Below are positions 48,360 through 58,553 of a DNA stretch of 64,000 nucleotides, in pieces (position 1 is the stretch's first letter; every line of letters begins with the position of its first letter). Position numbers and translations under genes: made by a program. Source of the stretch: Desulfatiglandales bacterium (GTDB lineage: Bacteria; Desulfobacterota; DSM-4660; Desulfatiglandales; Desulfatiglandaceae); the NCBI GenBank assembly GCA_963662465.1, contig OY759599.1, positions 4,288,001 to 4,352,000 on the forward strand, in the 5' to 3' direction. The notes under the pieces are model-generated. The model saw only the letters and a list, made by a program, of their open reading frames with translations, made no database searches and had not been told where the DNA came from.

Positions 48360-50012
48360 CTAGGCCTCGGGCCAGAGGCGAGCGGCGGTTTCCCGCAATT
48401 CGTATTTTAGAATTTTGCCACTGGCCGTCATTGGGTAGTCAGAAACAAAATGGACGTATTTGGGAATCTTGTAGCGCGAAATCCGGCCGCGACAATAATC
48501 GCGAACATCCTCGGACGCAATGTCGACGCGTTGTTTCAGTTTGACGAAAGCACCGATTTCCTCGCCGTATTTGGCGCTGGGAACCGCCACAATCTGGACG
48601 TCCTGAATGCCTTCCATACACAACAGGTATTCTTCTATTTCCCGGGGATAAACATTCTCACCGCCGCGAATAATCATATCCTTGTTGCGGCCGGTAATCG
48701 ACAGATAGCCGTCCGGGTCCAATTCGCCAATGTCGCCGGTACGCAGCCAGCCGGCTTGATCAACGGCACGGGCGGTAGCATCCGGCATCCGGCAATACCC
48801 TTTCATAACATTGTAACCCCGGCAACAAATCTCCCCACGCTGACCCAAGGAGACCTCAATCCCATTTTCGGGGTCGATCAGTTTGATATCAATGCCCGGC
48901 AAGGCCTTGCCGACGGTCCGGGTGCGCCGTTTGAGATCATCCGTCGGCAGGGTCTGGGTAATCACCGGCGATCCTTCGGTCAATCCGTAGCAGATCGTAA
49001 CCGCTTTCATATTCATTTTTGCCATAACGTCTTCCATGGTCTTGACGGGGCAGGCAGCGCCGGCCATGATGCCGGTGCGGAGAGAAGAAAAATCGAATTT
49101 GGAAAACAGTTTATGTTCCAGGACGGCAATGAACATGGTCGGCACCCCGTAGAGAGCGGTACAGCGTTCCTGTTCCACTGCCGACATGATTTGAACCGGA
49201 TCGAAGTCCTCCAGGATCACAAGACCGGCCCCATGGTTCACGGCCGCCAGAACGCCCAGCACACAGCCAAAGCAGTGAAACAGCGGGACCGGCAGGCAGA
49301 TGCGATCATCCGGACCCAGTTCCATATTGGCGCCGATCCAGTAGCCGTTGTTGGCGATATTGTGATGGGTCAACATGACCCCCTTGGGAAAACCGGTGGT
49401 TCCGGAGGTATACTGCATATTGACGACTTGGTGGACATCCAGCCGGGCTTGACGCCGGCGATATTCAGCGGGGTCGGTCATTCGACTCAAGGCCATAATT
49501 TCGGGCATGGCATACATGCCGCGATGCTTGTCCTGGTCGAGAAAGAAAACCCGTTTAAGATGAGGGAATCGGACGCTTTTCAGAAAGCCGCGCTGCTGGG
49601 TTCGGAGTTCCGGGATCAAATCGTAAACCATCGACACATAATCGACATCGCGAAAGCCTTCGATCAAAAACAGGTTTTCCGCTTCAGACTGTTGCAGCAG
49701 ATATTCCAGTTCGGTGCGGCGATAATGGGTGTTGACCGTCAACAAAACGGCGCCGATTTTGGCGGTGGCAAACTGCAGAGCAACCCAGTAGGGGACATTA
49801 TTGGCCCATAAAGCCACCTTTTCACCAGGCCCTATTCCGAGGGCCATCAGGCCTTTGGCCAGCTGGTCCACAACCCGGCCGAATTCACCATAGGTCAAGC
49901 GAAAATCGCGGTCCACATAAACGATGGCCTCTTTATCCGGATACTTCTCGATAGCGCGATCGAGGAGCCGACCCAGGGTATGGTTGTGTAGATGGACTTG
50001 CGCTGGTTTCAT
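48360..50012 (-). CDS. AMP-binding acyl-CoA synthetase
   Basis: YTSGTTGFPKG, YGLTE, RTGD, GGENVYPREIE, TASGKI. Confidence 0.92.
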   Translation of the reverse strand: MKPAQVHLHNHTLGRLLDRAIEKYPDKEAIVYVDRDFRLTYGEFGRVVDQLAKGLMALGIGPGEKVALWANNVPYWVALQFATAKIGAVLLTVNTHYRRTELEYLLQQSEAENLFLIEGFRDVDYVSMVYDLIPELRTQQRGFLKSVRFPHLKRVFFLDQDKHRGMYAMPEIMALSRMTDPAEYRRRQARLDVHQVVNMQYTSGTTGFPKGVMLTHHNIANNGYWIGANMELGPDDRICLPVPLFHCFGCVLGVLAAVNHGAGLVILEDFDPVQIMSAVEQERCTALYGVPTMFIAVLEHKLFSKFDFSSLRTGIMAGAACPVKTMEDVMAKMNMKAVTICYGLTEGSPVITQTLPTDDLKRRTRTVGKALPGIDIKLIDPENGIEVSLGQRGEICCRGYNVMKGYCRMPDATARAVDQAGWLRTGDIGELDPDGYLSITGRNKDMIIRGGENVYPREIEEYLLCMEGIQDVQIVAVPSAKYGEEIGAFVKLKQRVDIASEDVRDYCRGRISRYKIPKYVHFVSDYPMTASGKILKYELRETAARLWPEA

Positions 50013-50014
50013 CT

Positions 50015-50584
50015 TCACAACTCCATAATGAATAGTACGGCATAAATGGACGCTTTTTCGTCTCCGATGCATCCCACATGATGGGGGACCACCGAATTAT
50101 AATAAATGCTGTCGCCCGGATTGAGGACATAGGTTTCACGGCCGTAGATCAGCTCGACCCGACCACTGACGACCACGATGAATTCCTCTCCCTCATGACT
50201 GCTCAGGGCTTTATTGCAGCCGGAGGCGGGCATCAGTTCCACGAAAAACGGTTCCATGCGTCGGTCGCTTTTTCCGAGCCCCAGGGGATAAAAAGCCACT
50301 TCCGTCGGGGCCTGTTCACCACGATGCGTGGTCAGTTGCTGTTGCCGTTCGTCCCGGCGAACGATCAGGGGATCTTCGGAAATATGGTCATCCAGGAAAG
50401 TGCCCAGACGGACGCCCAGGCTACGGGCAATTTTGATCAGGGGCCCAAGCGAAGGGTACAGATCGGATTCTTCAACCGCTTTTAAAAAATCGATTTCGAG
50501 GCCGGTCTGTTTGGCGAGGTCCTCCATGGTCAAATTGGCTCGTTGACGATAATCGACAATCCGTTTTCCAACGGGTGCGCTCAT
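50015..50584 (-). CDS. XRE-family regulator with cupin domain
   Basis: N-terminal HTH, HEGEEFI...GDSIYYNSVVPH. Confidence 0.9.
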   Translation of the reverse strand: MSAPVGKRIVDYRQRANLTMEDLAKQTGLEIDFLKAVEESDLYPSLGPLIKIARSLGVRLGTFLDDHISEDPLIVRRDERQQQLTTHRGEQAPTEVAFYPLGLGKSDRRMEPFFVELMPASGCNKALSSHEGEEFIVVVSGRVELIYGRETYVLNPGDSIYYNSVVPHHVGCIGDEKASIYAVLFIMEL

Positions 50585-50793
50585 GAGATTCTCCCTTAAT
50601 TCAAGTAAGCCTCGGCGAGAGGCATATTCCGGCGAAACACGCCGGGATACAAAAGATAAAAAGCCTCAATATCAAGGCGGTCCGGTCTTTGTCAAATATT
50701 TTGACGAGCAAGCCGACCGCTATCCCCCCCCAAAGCCAGACCCATGGCGTATATTACCCCTATATCATCGTAGCTATAAGTATTATTGCGGTT

Positions 50794-52371
50794 TTATTTC
50801 AAGTCGTACACCACAAGCCTACTTTTGGGCGATCCCGCGATGAAGCCACTGGTCACATTGGCCACCACCAGTTCTTTCAAGCCGTCGTTATCCACATCGG
50901 CCACCCGATACCCCACAACCGCTCCGGAAAGTTTTGGGGTCGTCCATTGGGAAACCAGGCTCGCTTCATCCCAGTCCATGAAATAAACCCGACCGCTGCC
51001 GAACCAGCGGAAAGCCTCCAATATCCTGGCAAATTCGGAATCGTTTTTACAAACAACCACTTCCCTTTTTCCGTCTCCGTTGACATCGCAAGTGAAGATG
51101 GGGGATGCAATAAAAAGCTTTTTAGCCGTATCGGCCATACGGTTTGCATCCGGATCCATGTATTCCATATCAGTAAGGCTTCCGCCAAAAAAGTCGTCGC
51201 TTTTCCACAGCTGTCGGCCCGCGGAATCACAAACATACAGATGCTCCCATGGATCGAGTAGAACCGTAAAAAAAGAGCCTTTTCCGGTAAGATCGCACTG
51301 CACAAAATTGAACACATTGCTAAAGCGGGGAAGACTGAGCACACCTGCTGAAACGAAACCATCTCCCTGGCGTTTCAGAAAGTGAACATCGCCCATATAA
51401 TTTCCTTCGGCGCTCCGTTTCTGGCCCAAAACCACCTTTCCCCTGCCCGGAAGTTCCACGACGCGAATGAGCCACGACTGGCCGTGAAAAATCTCCTTGA
51501 ATTTGGAACCGTCCCATTCAAAGACCAGGGAGCCGGCATTGGTTGCGGTGAGATTGCAGACATAAATCTCCGCCTTGCCGTTTCCATCCATATCGGCCAC
51601 ATTCATGTAAATGTAATTGGGGGACCAAGTGCTTTCGATGGTTTTGAAAAGACGGGGACCTTTCTTTTGCCAGTTGTAAACAAAAACGTTCGTTTTATCG
51701 ATCAGGACCAGTTCGTTTTTGCCGTCTCCGTCCAGGTCCCCCACATCCAGCCCCCTGATTTCAAAGTTGAAACGCCGTACGAAAGAGGGTTTTTTGTGGG
51801 AGACAGCCGCATTCTTTCCAATGCTGACCCGTGCGCCGACATCGCGTTCCGGAAGTGCAAATTCATCGGACCCCTGTTCCCGAGAAATATCCTTTCCCAT
51901 AATCCTGGCATTGATGTTCTCCACAAACTGGTTGACCGTGGGAATGATCCCGTCCTTTCCCTTTGATTGATCGTAGGCAGTGGCCAGCACTTCCGATTTC
52001 TTTATATCCATAATTTTGGCATCCAAACTTACGCTCTCACCAAATACGGTAAGACTCCCGAAAATAACATATTCAGCCCCCAGAACTTTGCCGATTTGCA
52101 GGGCGTTGGCCTCATTCATGGGCCCCGGTACGGCGGAAACCGCTTTTTTGACGACGCCCTTTTCAAGGATGTACAGTTTGTCTTTCCAGGCAAGCCTGGA
52201 ACTCAGCATATCCATGATGCCTTCCCGAAAAAAATTGAGATCGCGATCGGAGTTCATTGTGAAGGGGAGAATGGCAAGTTTTTTGGGTTCCGCTGAAAAA
52301 GAGGGCGTAATCAAAAACAGCATGGGCGCAACAAAAAAGATAACTACGCAAACAGCAATTCTAGTCTTCAT
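50794..52371 (-). CDS. Exported FG-GAP/VCBS-repeat protein with TolB-N/CsgG-like N-domain (copy 1)
   Basis: Signal peptide; LAILPF...GAEYVIFGS; DLDGDGK, DMDGNGK, DVNGDGK, DVDNDGL repeats. Confidence 0.82.
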   Translation of the reverse strand: MKTRIAVCVVIFFVAPMLFLITPSFSAEPKKLAILPFTMNSDRDLNFFREGIMDMLSSRLAWKDKLYILEKGVVKKAVSAVPGPMNEANALQIGKVLGAEYVIFGSLTVFGESVSLDAKIMDIKKSEVLATAYDQSKGKDGIIPTVNQFVENINARIMGKDISREQGSDEFALPERDVGARVSIGKNAAVSHKKPSFVRRFNFEIRGLDVGDLDGDGKNELVLIDKTNVFVYNWQKKGPRLFKTIESTWSPNYIYMNVADMDGNGKAEIYVCNLTATNAGSLVFEWDGSKFKEIFHGQSWLIRVVELPGRGKVVLGQKRSAEGNYMGDVHFLKRQGDGFVSAGVLSLPRFSNVFNFVQCDLTGKGSFFTVLLDPWEHLYVCDSAGRQLWKSDDFFGGSLTDMEYMDPDANRMADTAKKLFIASPIFTCDVNGDGKREVVVCKNDSEFARILEAFRWFGSGRVYFMDWDEASLVSQWTTPKLSGAVVGYRVADVDNDGLKELVVANVTSGFIAGSPKSRLVVYDLK

Positions 52372-52576
52372 GATTTTCCTCATATTCAAGAATATCTCCC
52401 GGCTGGCAGTCAAGGGATTTACAGATGGCATCCAAGGTGGAAAAACGAATCGCTTTGGCTTTTCCGGTTTTTAGAACCGATAAATTTTGCTCGGTGATCC
52501 CAACCAATTTTGCAAGTTCAATCGATTTCATTTTGCGCTTTGCCAGAACCACATCCAGATTTATAATAATTGGCAT
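52361..52576 (-). CDS. Cro/CI-type HTH regulator, YozG family (copy 1)
   Basis: NLDVVLAKRKM...NLSVLKTGKAKAIRFSTL...CQPGDILEY. Confidence 0.92.
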   Translation of the reverse strand: MPIIINLDVVLAKRKMKSIELAKLVGITEQNLSVLKTGKAKAIRFSTLDAICKSLDCQPGDILEYEENHED

Positions 52577-52587
52577 TGCGTCTCCAT

Positions 52588-53124
52588 CTAAATAATGAGT
52601 TCTTTTTCTTCAATTAATATTCGTCCTTCATCCATGACCCATGCAATGACAAAAACGATTCCGCCTACCATCAGTGTTGTAAATTCTCCCGAACTAAACC
52701 CGACTTCAAGCAATCTACTGCCCGGGGGGTTGCCCGCGGTGAATAAAACACTTTTGGCGGATTCGTAAATTATTAAAAATAAAACCCACAATAGCAAAGC
52801 TTTGGCAGTATTTTTAAAAATAATGACATGATCTAAAGAAAACATGACACCTTCTTTATAAAACGAAAACAGTTTTCTGATATTCAAAATACCATAGGTT
52901 AAAGCAGAGAGAGGAAGCAAGCTCACGAGAAACCCTATAACCTGGAATTTGATGGGCAATTCATTTGCTATCAATGGTTTTGAATGGTTTACGGCAATTA
53001 GCGTATCCGGCAAATGGTTAATGAGCACCCAATACAAATAGTATAATGGCATGGCAACCAACAGGAAGGAAAATAACAAATAAAAATATTTACTGATTCT
53101 TTTAACTTTTGACAAATTGTCCAT
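52588..53124 (-). CDS. DUF2975 membrane protein (copy 1)
   Basis: Four TM segments, VIAWVMDEGRILIEEKELII tail; typical partner of YozG-like HTH. Confidence 0.85.
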   Translation of the reverse strand: MDNLSKVKRISKYFYLLFSFLLVAMPLYYLYWVLINHLPDTLIAVNHSKPLIANELPIKFQVIGFLVSLLPLSALTYGILNIRKLFSFYKEGVMFSLDHVIIFKNTAKALLLWVLFLIIYESAKSVLFTAGNPPGSRLLEVGFSSGEFTTLMVGGIVFVIAWVMDEGRILIEEKELII

Positions 53125-53163
53125 GAACGCATCTCCTGTTTAAGTATTATCAAGTTGAAGGGC

Positions 53164-53214
53164 AGCATATCCATGGAATATTTGTTTGTCAATAATATTT
53201 TATCGTTTTACGAT
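53164..53214 (-). promoter_or_regulatory. sigma70 promoter plus palindromic operator (copy 1)
   Basis: Minus strand TTGACA-17 bp-TATGCT; ATCGT-TTT-ACGAT at 53202-53214; conserved in copy 2. Confidence 0.7.
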
Positions 53215-53258
53215 CATTTTGTTCGGATTCCACCTACCGGTGGAAAAATCCCCACATG

Positions 53259-54794
53259 CTATTTTCCGCGTCCGTAAGGAATCCCCAGCTTTTTCATCCG
53301 GTTTCTCAGGGTGCTGGGGTGAATGTCCAATAACGCCGCGGCCCCTTCCGGACCATTGACGCGCCCCGCTGTCTTTTTCAATACTCCTTCAATGTGTCGG
53401 CATATGACTTCATCCAATCGAAACGGGCCATGGTCCGGAAGCGTCATGGCATCGGATTCGGCTTCCGATGAAAAGACGTAAGGGTCAAATGACAGGAGAC
53501 CGCCCCGATACCGGATCAAGGCGCGCTCCACAACATTTTCCAGTTCCCGCACATTTCCCTTCCAACGGCAGGCGATCAGGCGGTCCATGGCGCCGGAGGC
53601 CAAAGGCGGGACGGTCTTCATCTTGAGTTCCCCGGATTTCCGTCTCAAAAAATAGTCCGCCAGATTCGGGATGTCCGCCTTTCTTTGCCGTAACGGAGGA
53701 ATAAAAACGGGAAACACGCTCAACCGGTACCATAAGTCCTCCCTGAATGTGCCGGCGGTCACCATGTTTTCCAGATTGCGGTGCGTCGCGGCAATGACCC
53801 GAATGTCGAGCGGAATGGTTTCGGTTCCGCCGACCCGTTCGATTTCCTTTTGTTGCAGCACCCGCAACAGTCGTATTTGGGCCTGCATGGGGAGATCCCC
53901 GATTTCATCCAGGAAAATGGTCCCCCCGTGGGCCCGCTCAAAACGGCCCCGCTTTCTTGAAACGGCCCCGGTAAAAGCGCCTTTTTCATGGCCGAACAGC
54001 TCACTGTCCAATAGGGTGTCGGGAATGGCGCCGCAGTTGACCTTGATGAAAGGACCGTCTTTGCGGGGGGAAGAAAAGTGTACGGCGTTGGCGATGACCT
54101 CCTTGCCCACTCCGGTTTCGCCCAGAAGAAGCACCGGTGTTTCACGGGGCGCCGCTTGACGGACCATCTCCATGACGTCTTTTAATCCGAACTCCGCACC
54201 GATGATGGTATCGCCTGTCAGCTGCCGAAGTTCGTTTTTGAGATAGCGGTTGTCCTCGTTCAGGAGATCCTTCAGGCGCAGGAGCTCCTCATGCTTATGG
54301 GTGTTGGCGGCGGCAATGGCAAAGGGATCATGCAGCAATCCCAGCAATCGCCCGTGGTCTTCGGTGTACCGGTCATATCCCGAAGACCAAACGATCACCC
54401 CTCCCAGGGGCTTTCCCCCAATGCCCAGATGCAGAATTATCACCGATGAATGGTCCATCTCAAGGGCGGCCCACACAAGCCGGCGAACCGGCTCCCGGTC
54501 AGAGCGGTTGATGATCACCACCCGTTTCGCCCCCTCTTCCCGGTTCATCATGGAATCTCCCAGATGTTGGGGCAGCGGGATGATCCGGTTCATTTTTTGC
54601 GCGCCGCCGGCACTCACCCCGGCCACGCAACGGACAGCGAAAAGCGCCGGATCGTAACGGTTTATGGTCATCCCGTCAATGGGCATAAAATCCTTCAAAT
54701 ACAAAAAGCATTGCCTCATGGCCTGCTCAATTTCCAGGCTCCCGCAGATACGCAGGGTTGCCTGTTGAAAAAAATCTTTTTCATCGATGGTCAT
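53259..54794 (-). CDS. sigma54-dependent activator (GAF-AAA+-Fis HTH; copy 1)
   Basis: [37 protein letters not shown]. Confidence 0.95.
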   Translation of the reverse strand: MTIDEKDFFQQATLRICGSLEIEQAMRQCFLYLKDFMPIDGMTINRYDPALFAVRCVAGVSAGGAQKMNRIIPLPQHLGDSMMNREEGAKRVVIINRSDREPVRRLVWAALEMDHSSVIILHLGIGGKPLGGVIVWSSGYDRYTEDHGRLLGLLHDPFAIAAANTHKHEELLRLKDLLNEDNRYLKNELRQLTGDTIIGAEFGLKDVMEMVRQAAPRETPVLLLGETGVGKEVIANAVHFSSPRKDGPFIKVNCGAIPDTLLDSELFGHEKGAFTGAVSRKRGRFERAHGGTIFLDEIGDLPMQAQIRLLRVLQQKEIERVGGTETIPLDIRVIAATHRNLENMVTAGTFREDLWYRLSVFPVFIPPLRQRKADIPNLADYFLRRKSGELKMKTVPPLASGAMDRLIACRWKGNVRELENVVERALIRYRGGLLSFDPYVFSSEAESDAMTLPDHGPFRLDEVICRHIEGVLKKTAGRVNGPEGAAALLDIHPSTLRNRMKKLGIPYGRGK

Positions 54795-54854
54795 GGGACC
54801 TCCTTTTCTGATTGGTAGCTCCGGATTCCATATTCAGCAATTCATGCGATAAAT

Positions 54855-54958
54855 TTCCAAATATGGAATATCGATTACCATATTTGGAGACAGGAATCAC
54901 ATCCAATAACATATCTATTTGATAATAAAAATATATTTATATTGGTACGCCTTATGCA
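54855..54958 (+). promoter_or_regulatory. Candidate UAS and sigma54 promoter (copy 1)
   Basis: TTCCAAATATGGAA and inverted CCATATTTGG; TTGGTACGCCTTATGCA (GG at 54944, GC at 54956). Confidence 0.75.
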
Positions 54959-55115
54959 TTTCGATATGCGAGGTGCTGCAAAGGTACCGCCGTCCCGGGG
55001 AACGTTTTCAGGAATCACCAAGGACGACCGGGTGCGCTCTGGAAGCCCGGCGTTTCAGATGTGGCGAAAGGAACCGATCAGCCAAGCAAATAGCAAAATA
55101 CTGAGGAGGAAATCA

Positions 55116-55463
55116 ATGGAAGATTTAGGAAAATGGATGAAGGATTTTTTTATTTTAAGGGAAAAATTTATTAATGAGAAGCGTGGCGGCGAGGTGTTTA
55201 AAGGCGTGATGCAGGCACATGAAGCCGCGTTCAAGGAGGGTGCGCTCGGATTTAAGGAAAAGCATTTGATGGCCATGTGCGTCGCAATTCAAGGCCTATA
55301 TAAACCATGCATCATCGGCCATTGCAACTTAGCGCTCGAAGCCGGGGCCACAAAAGATGAAATTTTGGAGGCGGTCGGCGTAACGCTGTCCGTGTGTGGC
55401 ACCACCAGCATGGGCGGCGCCGGGATGCTATTCAAGCTGTTGGAGGAAAAGGGCCTCATATAG
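55116..55463 (+). CDS. Carboxymuconolactone decarboxylase/AhpD-like protein
   Basis: GALGFKEKHLMAM...PCIIGH...EAGATKDEILE; GAGGAGG RBS. Confidence 0.85.
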   Translation: MEDLGKWMKDFFILREKFINEKRGGEVFKGVMQAHEAAFKEGALGFKEKHLMAMCVAIQGLYKPCIIGHCNLALEAGATKDEILEAVGVTLSVCGTTSMGGAGMLFKLLEEKGLI

Positions 55464-55582
55464 TCCCTAAGGGCTTGCTCACCCTTGGCGTTCCGTCCCA
55501 TCCGGCTCTACGCCTCCGGGGCCATCGCGCTGACGCATTAATGGGCGGCCCTGAATCGCTACAACACTAAGGAGAATACTCG

Positions 55583-56428
55583 ATGTCAAATATTACGGAA
55601 ACGATGGATGAATCGCTGAAAACGAACATTGATATCATCGTCAATAATTTCTTTGTTAAAGGCACGCGGAACTACATTCGCAAAACAACGCTGGATGCGC
55701 CGTGGCTCAATGTGGGAATCATGGAAAAAACCAATCCCAGCCTGTTCCACACGAGCAAGCTTTTCGCAGGCATGAACGTGATCTGCGGCGGCATGTATTC
55801 CCTTGGGCACGACATGATCCGCGGCGACAAAGATCCCGGCACAACCCGGCCTTACGTGGAACAGGCGGTGGCTGCCCTGAACGCTCTGCCGGCGGACGAA
55901 ATTATCTTCTATCACGACGAGAACCTGTGCGGCCTTGAGCAAGCGCGTAAAAAGGGTCTGGCGATAAAGTTTAAACCCGTGTCGTTGCTGGAATGGCTGG
56001 TGCGCAGGGTCAAGGAAGAGCCGGTAAGCCCGTTGGACGTCGCCGCAGCAGTCCAGTTGCCGTGTTCGGCGCGCTACGGCGGCGACAGGAACGAACTGCT
56101 CAACACGCTCTTCAGCCTGATCGGGGTTACTCGGGTCCAACGGCGCTACGACCAAGGGGAAGACCTTTGCTGCGGCGCCCCCGGGTATTTCGGCTTCTAC
56201 AGCGGAGACATCCATGCGGATGCGGACTATTCCGACGAACTCGTACTCAAGAATGTGGCAGACGCCAAAGCGGCCGGCGCCGAGTATATGGTCACGATGT
56301 GCCCAAACTGCTACGCGGCCATTGCTCCGGTAGCGCGGGAGGCGGGGATGACCCCGGTTCAGGTGGAAGGGCTGGTAAGCCTGGCGCTTTTTGGAAAAGA
56401 GTCTCCCGTGGGCATAGTTTTCAATTAG
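55583..56428 (+). CDS. CCG-domain Fe-S protein (HdrB/GlpC-like)
   Basis: QLPC, LCCG, TMCPNC motif. Confidence 0.75.
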   Translation: MSNITETMDESLKTNIDIIVNNFFVKGTRNYIRKTTLDAPWLNVGIMEKTNPSLFHTSKLFAGMNVICGGMYSLGHDMIRGDKDPGTTRPYVEQAVAALNALPADEIIFYHDENLCGLEQARKKGLAIKFKPVSLLEWLVRRVKEEPVSPLDVAAAVQLPCSARYGGDRNELLNTLFSLIGVTRVQRRYDQGEDLCCGAPGYFGFYSGDIHADADYSDELVLKNVADAKAAGAEYMVTMCPNCYAAIAPVAREAGMTPVQVEGLVSLALFGKESPVGIVFN

Positions 56429-56491
56429 CGCAGGACTGCGCCATTCCCCCACCATCAACCGAACCCATAAAACACGGAAGGGATAAATGCA

Positions 56492-58480
56492 ATGCAAACA
56501 AGTTATGCGAAACTCTTCGAGCCGGTCAATATCGGTTCCATGAAATTAAAAAACAGGGTCGCGTTGGCGCCCATGGGAACCAGCCTGGGCAACAAGGACG
56601 ACACCCTGTCTGATCGTATGATCACCTTCTACACCAGGATCGCCCAAGGCGGCACGGGCTTGATCATAACCGGAGTATCAGCCGTTTCCAGAGACGGCAG
56701 CATGATGCCCGGAATGAACTCCATCCATAACGACCGGTATATCCCCGGTTTTGCGGCCCTGGCCGATTCCGTTCATGCCGCCGGCGCCAAGCTGGCGGTT
56801 CACCTCATGCACGCAGGCTTGGAAGCGTTCAGCTTCTACACAAAAAGGAAGCGGCTCATTTCCCCGGTCGGAGGCGTTTTCGGCCCTCTCCAAATGGGGT
56901 ATAAGGGCGTGGATTTCAGCAAAACGACCATGGGCGCCAAAGCCATGACCCTGGAAGACATTCAAGCCGTTGGCGACCAATTCGCCGCAGGCGCCGGGAG
57001 GGCCAAGAAGGCCGGCGCAGATGCTGTGGAGATCAACGGCGCGCAGGGCTTCCTGATACAGCAATTCTATTCGCCCTACTTTAACAAGCGCACGGACGAG
57101 TACGGCGGGAGCTTCGAAAACAGAATGCGCTTCCCTCTGGAAATTGTTGAAAAAGTCAGAGTTGCGGTCGGCCCGGATTTTCCGATCATCTTTCGCATGG
57201 TGGCTACCGAAGGGGAGGGCGGCGGCATCGACGTAGAGGACGCAACGGCCATCGCTGGAGCGCTTGAACAGGCAGGGGTCGATGGCCTGCATGTAACCGC
57301 CGGGCGCGGCGTTGCTCCCGCTTACTGGAGCATGATGATGCCCATCGCCGAGGACGGCTACACGCCGATCGTCGATCAGGTGGCGAAGGTCAAAGCAGCA
57401 GTGAACATTCCGGTCATCAGCGTGCAACGGATACTGGACCCCCGGACGGGCGAAGATATCCTGAGGGCGGGCAAAGCCGACCTGGTGGCCTTGGGACGGG
57501 GCCTGATCGCAGACCCGGACTGGGTCAACAAGGCCGCCGAAGGCAGAGCGGAAGACATCAGAAAATGCATCGGTTGCTTGCAGGGATGTATCGGCACCCA
57601 AATGGGCGCCGGTTTTTCCGACTGCCTTGTAAACGTTGAAGCAGGCAGGGAAAAGCAGATGCAAATTAAGAAGGCCGATATTTCCAAAAAGGTACTCGTG
57701 ATCGGAGGCGGTCCGGCCGGGCTGGAGGCCGCTATGACAGCCGGACTCAGGGGCCATGAGGTCACACTCTGCGAAAAAGATGATGTACTCGGCGGGCAGT
57801 GGATACTGGCAGCAGTGCCTCCCGGCAAGGGAGATTTCAGTTGGGTGGTGGATTGGCGCGTAGGCCGGATCGAAAAGATCCCGAACATCACGGTAAAAAC
57901 AAGTTGCGAAGTAACCCGGGAGATGGTCAAAGACATGGCCCCGGACGTTGTTTTGGTGGCTACCGGCAGCGTTCCGATTATCCTTAACATCCCGGGAGCG
58001 GACGGAGACAAGGTGGTTACAGCCCACGACGTGCTTTCAGGGAAGGTTGATCCGGGCGAAACAGCGGCCGTTATCGGAGGCGGAAAAACCGGCGCAGAGA
58101 CCGCAAATTATCTTGGCGCCAAGGGAAAAAAGGTGACTGTAGTCGAAGCCATGCACATGATCGCCATGGATGCGGTTCCTGCACGGATGGTCTGGCTGAA
58201 CAAGAGCCTGGCCGGGTATGGCGTCCAAATCCAAACCAACAGGCTGGTCGAAGAGATCGGCGCATCGGGTGAGGTATTCGTCCGCCGGGAAGGGAATAGG
58301 GAGAGTCTGGGCAAGTTCGACACCATCGTTATGGCCGCCGGGGTCCGCTCTCATGACCCGATCAGCGAAGCCATCAAGGACGTAGCGCCGGAAGTCTATC
58401 CAATCGGCGACTGCTATGTCATGCCGAGCAACGGACACTACGCAATCCTCCATGCGGCTGAAATCGCCAGGATGGTATAA
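56492..58480 (+). CDS. Old Yellow Enzyme-family NADH:flavin oxidoreductase (2,4-dienoyl-CoA reductase-like, 4Fe-4S/FAD)
   Basis: LKNRVALAPM, NKRTDEYGGSFENR, CIGCLQGC...C, GGGPAG, ATG, GGGKTG. Confidence 0.92.
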   Translation: MQTSYAKLFEPVNIGSMKLKNRVALAPMGTSLGNKDDTLSDRMITFYTRIAQGGTGLIITGVSAVSRDGSMMPGMNSIHNDRYIPGFAALADSVHAAGAKLAVHLMHAGLEAFSFYTKRKRLISPVGGVFGPLQMGYKGVDFSKTTMGAKAMTLEDIQAVGDQFAAGAGRAKKAGADAVEINGAQGFLIQQFYSPYFNKRTDEYGGSFENRMRFPLEIVEKVRVAVGPDFPIIFRMVATEGEGGGIDVEDATAIAGALEQAGVDGLHVTAGRGVAPAYWSMMMPIAEDGYTPIVDQVAKVKAAVNIPVISVQRILDPRTGEDILRAGKADLVALGRGLIADPDWVNKAAEGRAEDIRKCIGCLQGCIGTQMGAGFSDCLVNVEAGREKQMQIKKADISKKVLVIGGGPAGLEAAMTAGLRGHEVTLCEKDDVLGGQWILAAVPPGKGDFSWVVDWRVGRIEKIPNITVKTSCEVTREMVKDMAPDVVLVATGSVPIILNIPGADGDKVVTAHDVLSGKVDPGETAAVIGGGKTGAETANYLGAKGKKVTVVEAMHMIAMDAVPARMVWLNKSLAGYGVQIQTNRLVEEIGASGEVFVRREGNRESLGKFDTIVMAAGVRSHDPISEAIKDVAPEVYPIGDCYVMPSNGHYAILHAAEIARMV

Positions 58481-58553
58481 TGAAAAAATTGGGCTTGGTC
58501 CTGACTTCCTCCGTTCATATAGGAGAAGTTGGGAGCACTCCCCACAATCGGCA

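Noticed and set aside
55464..55565. Possible repeat or MITE remnant between the CMD and CCG genes
   Set aside because: No clear TIR, TSD or second copy in the window
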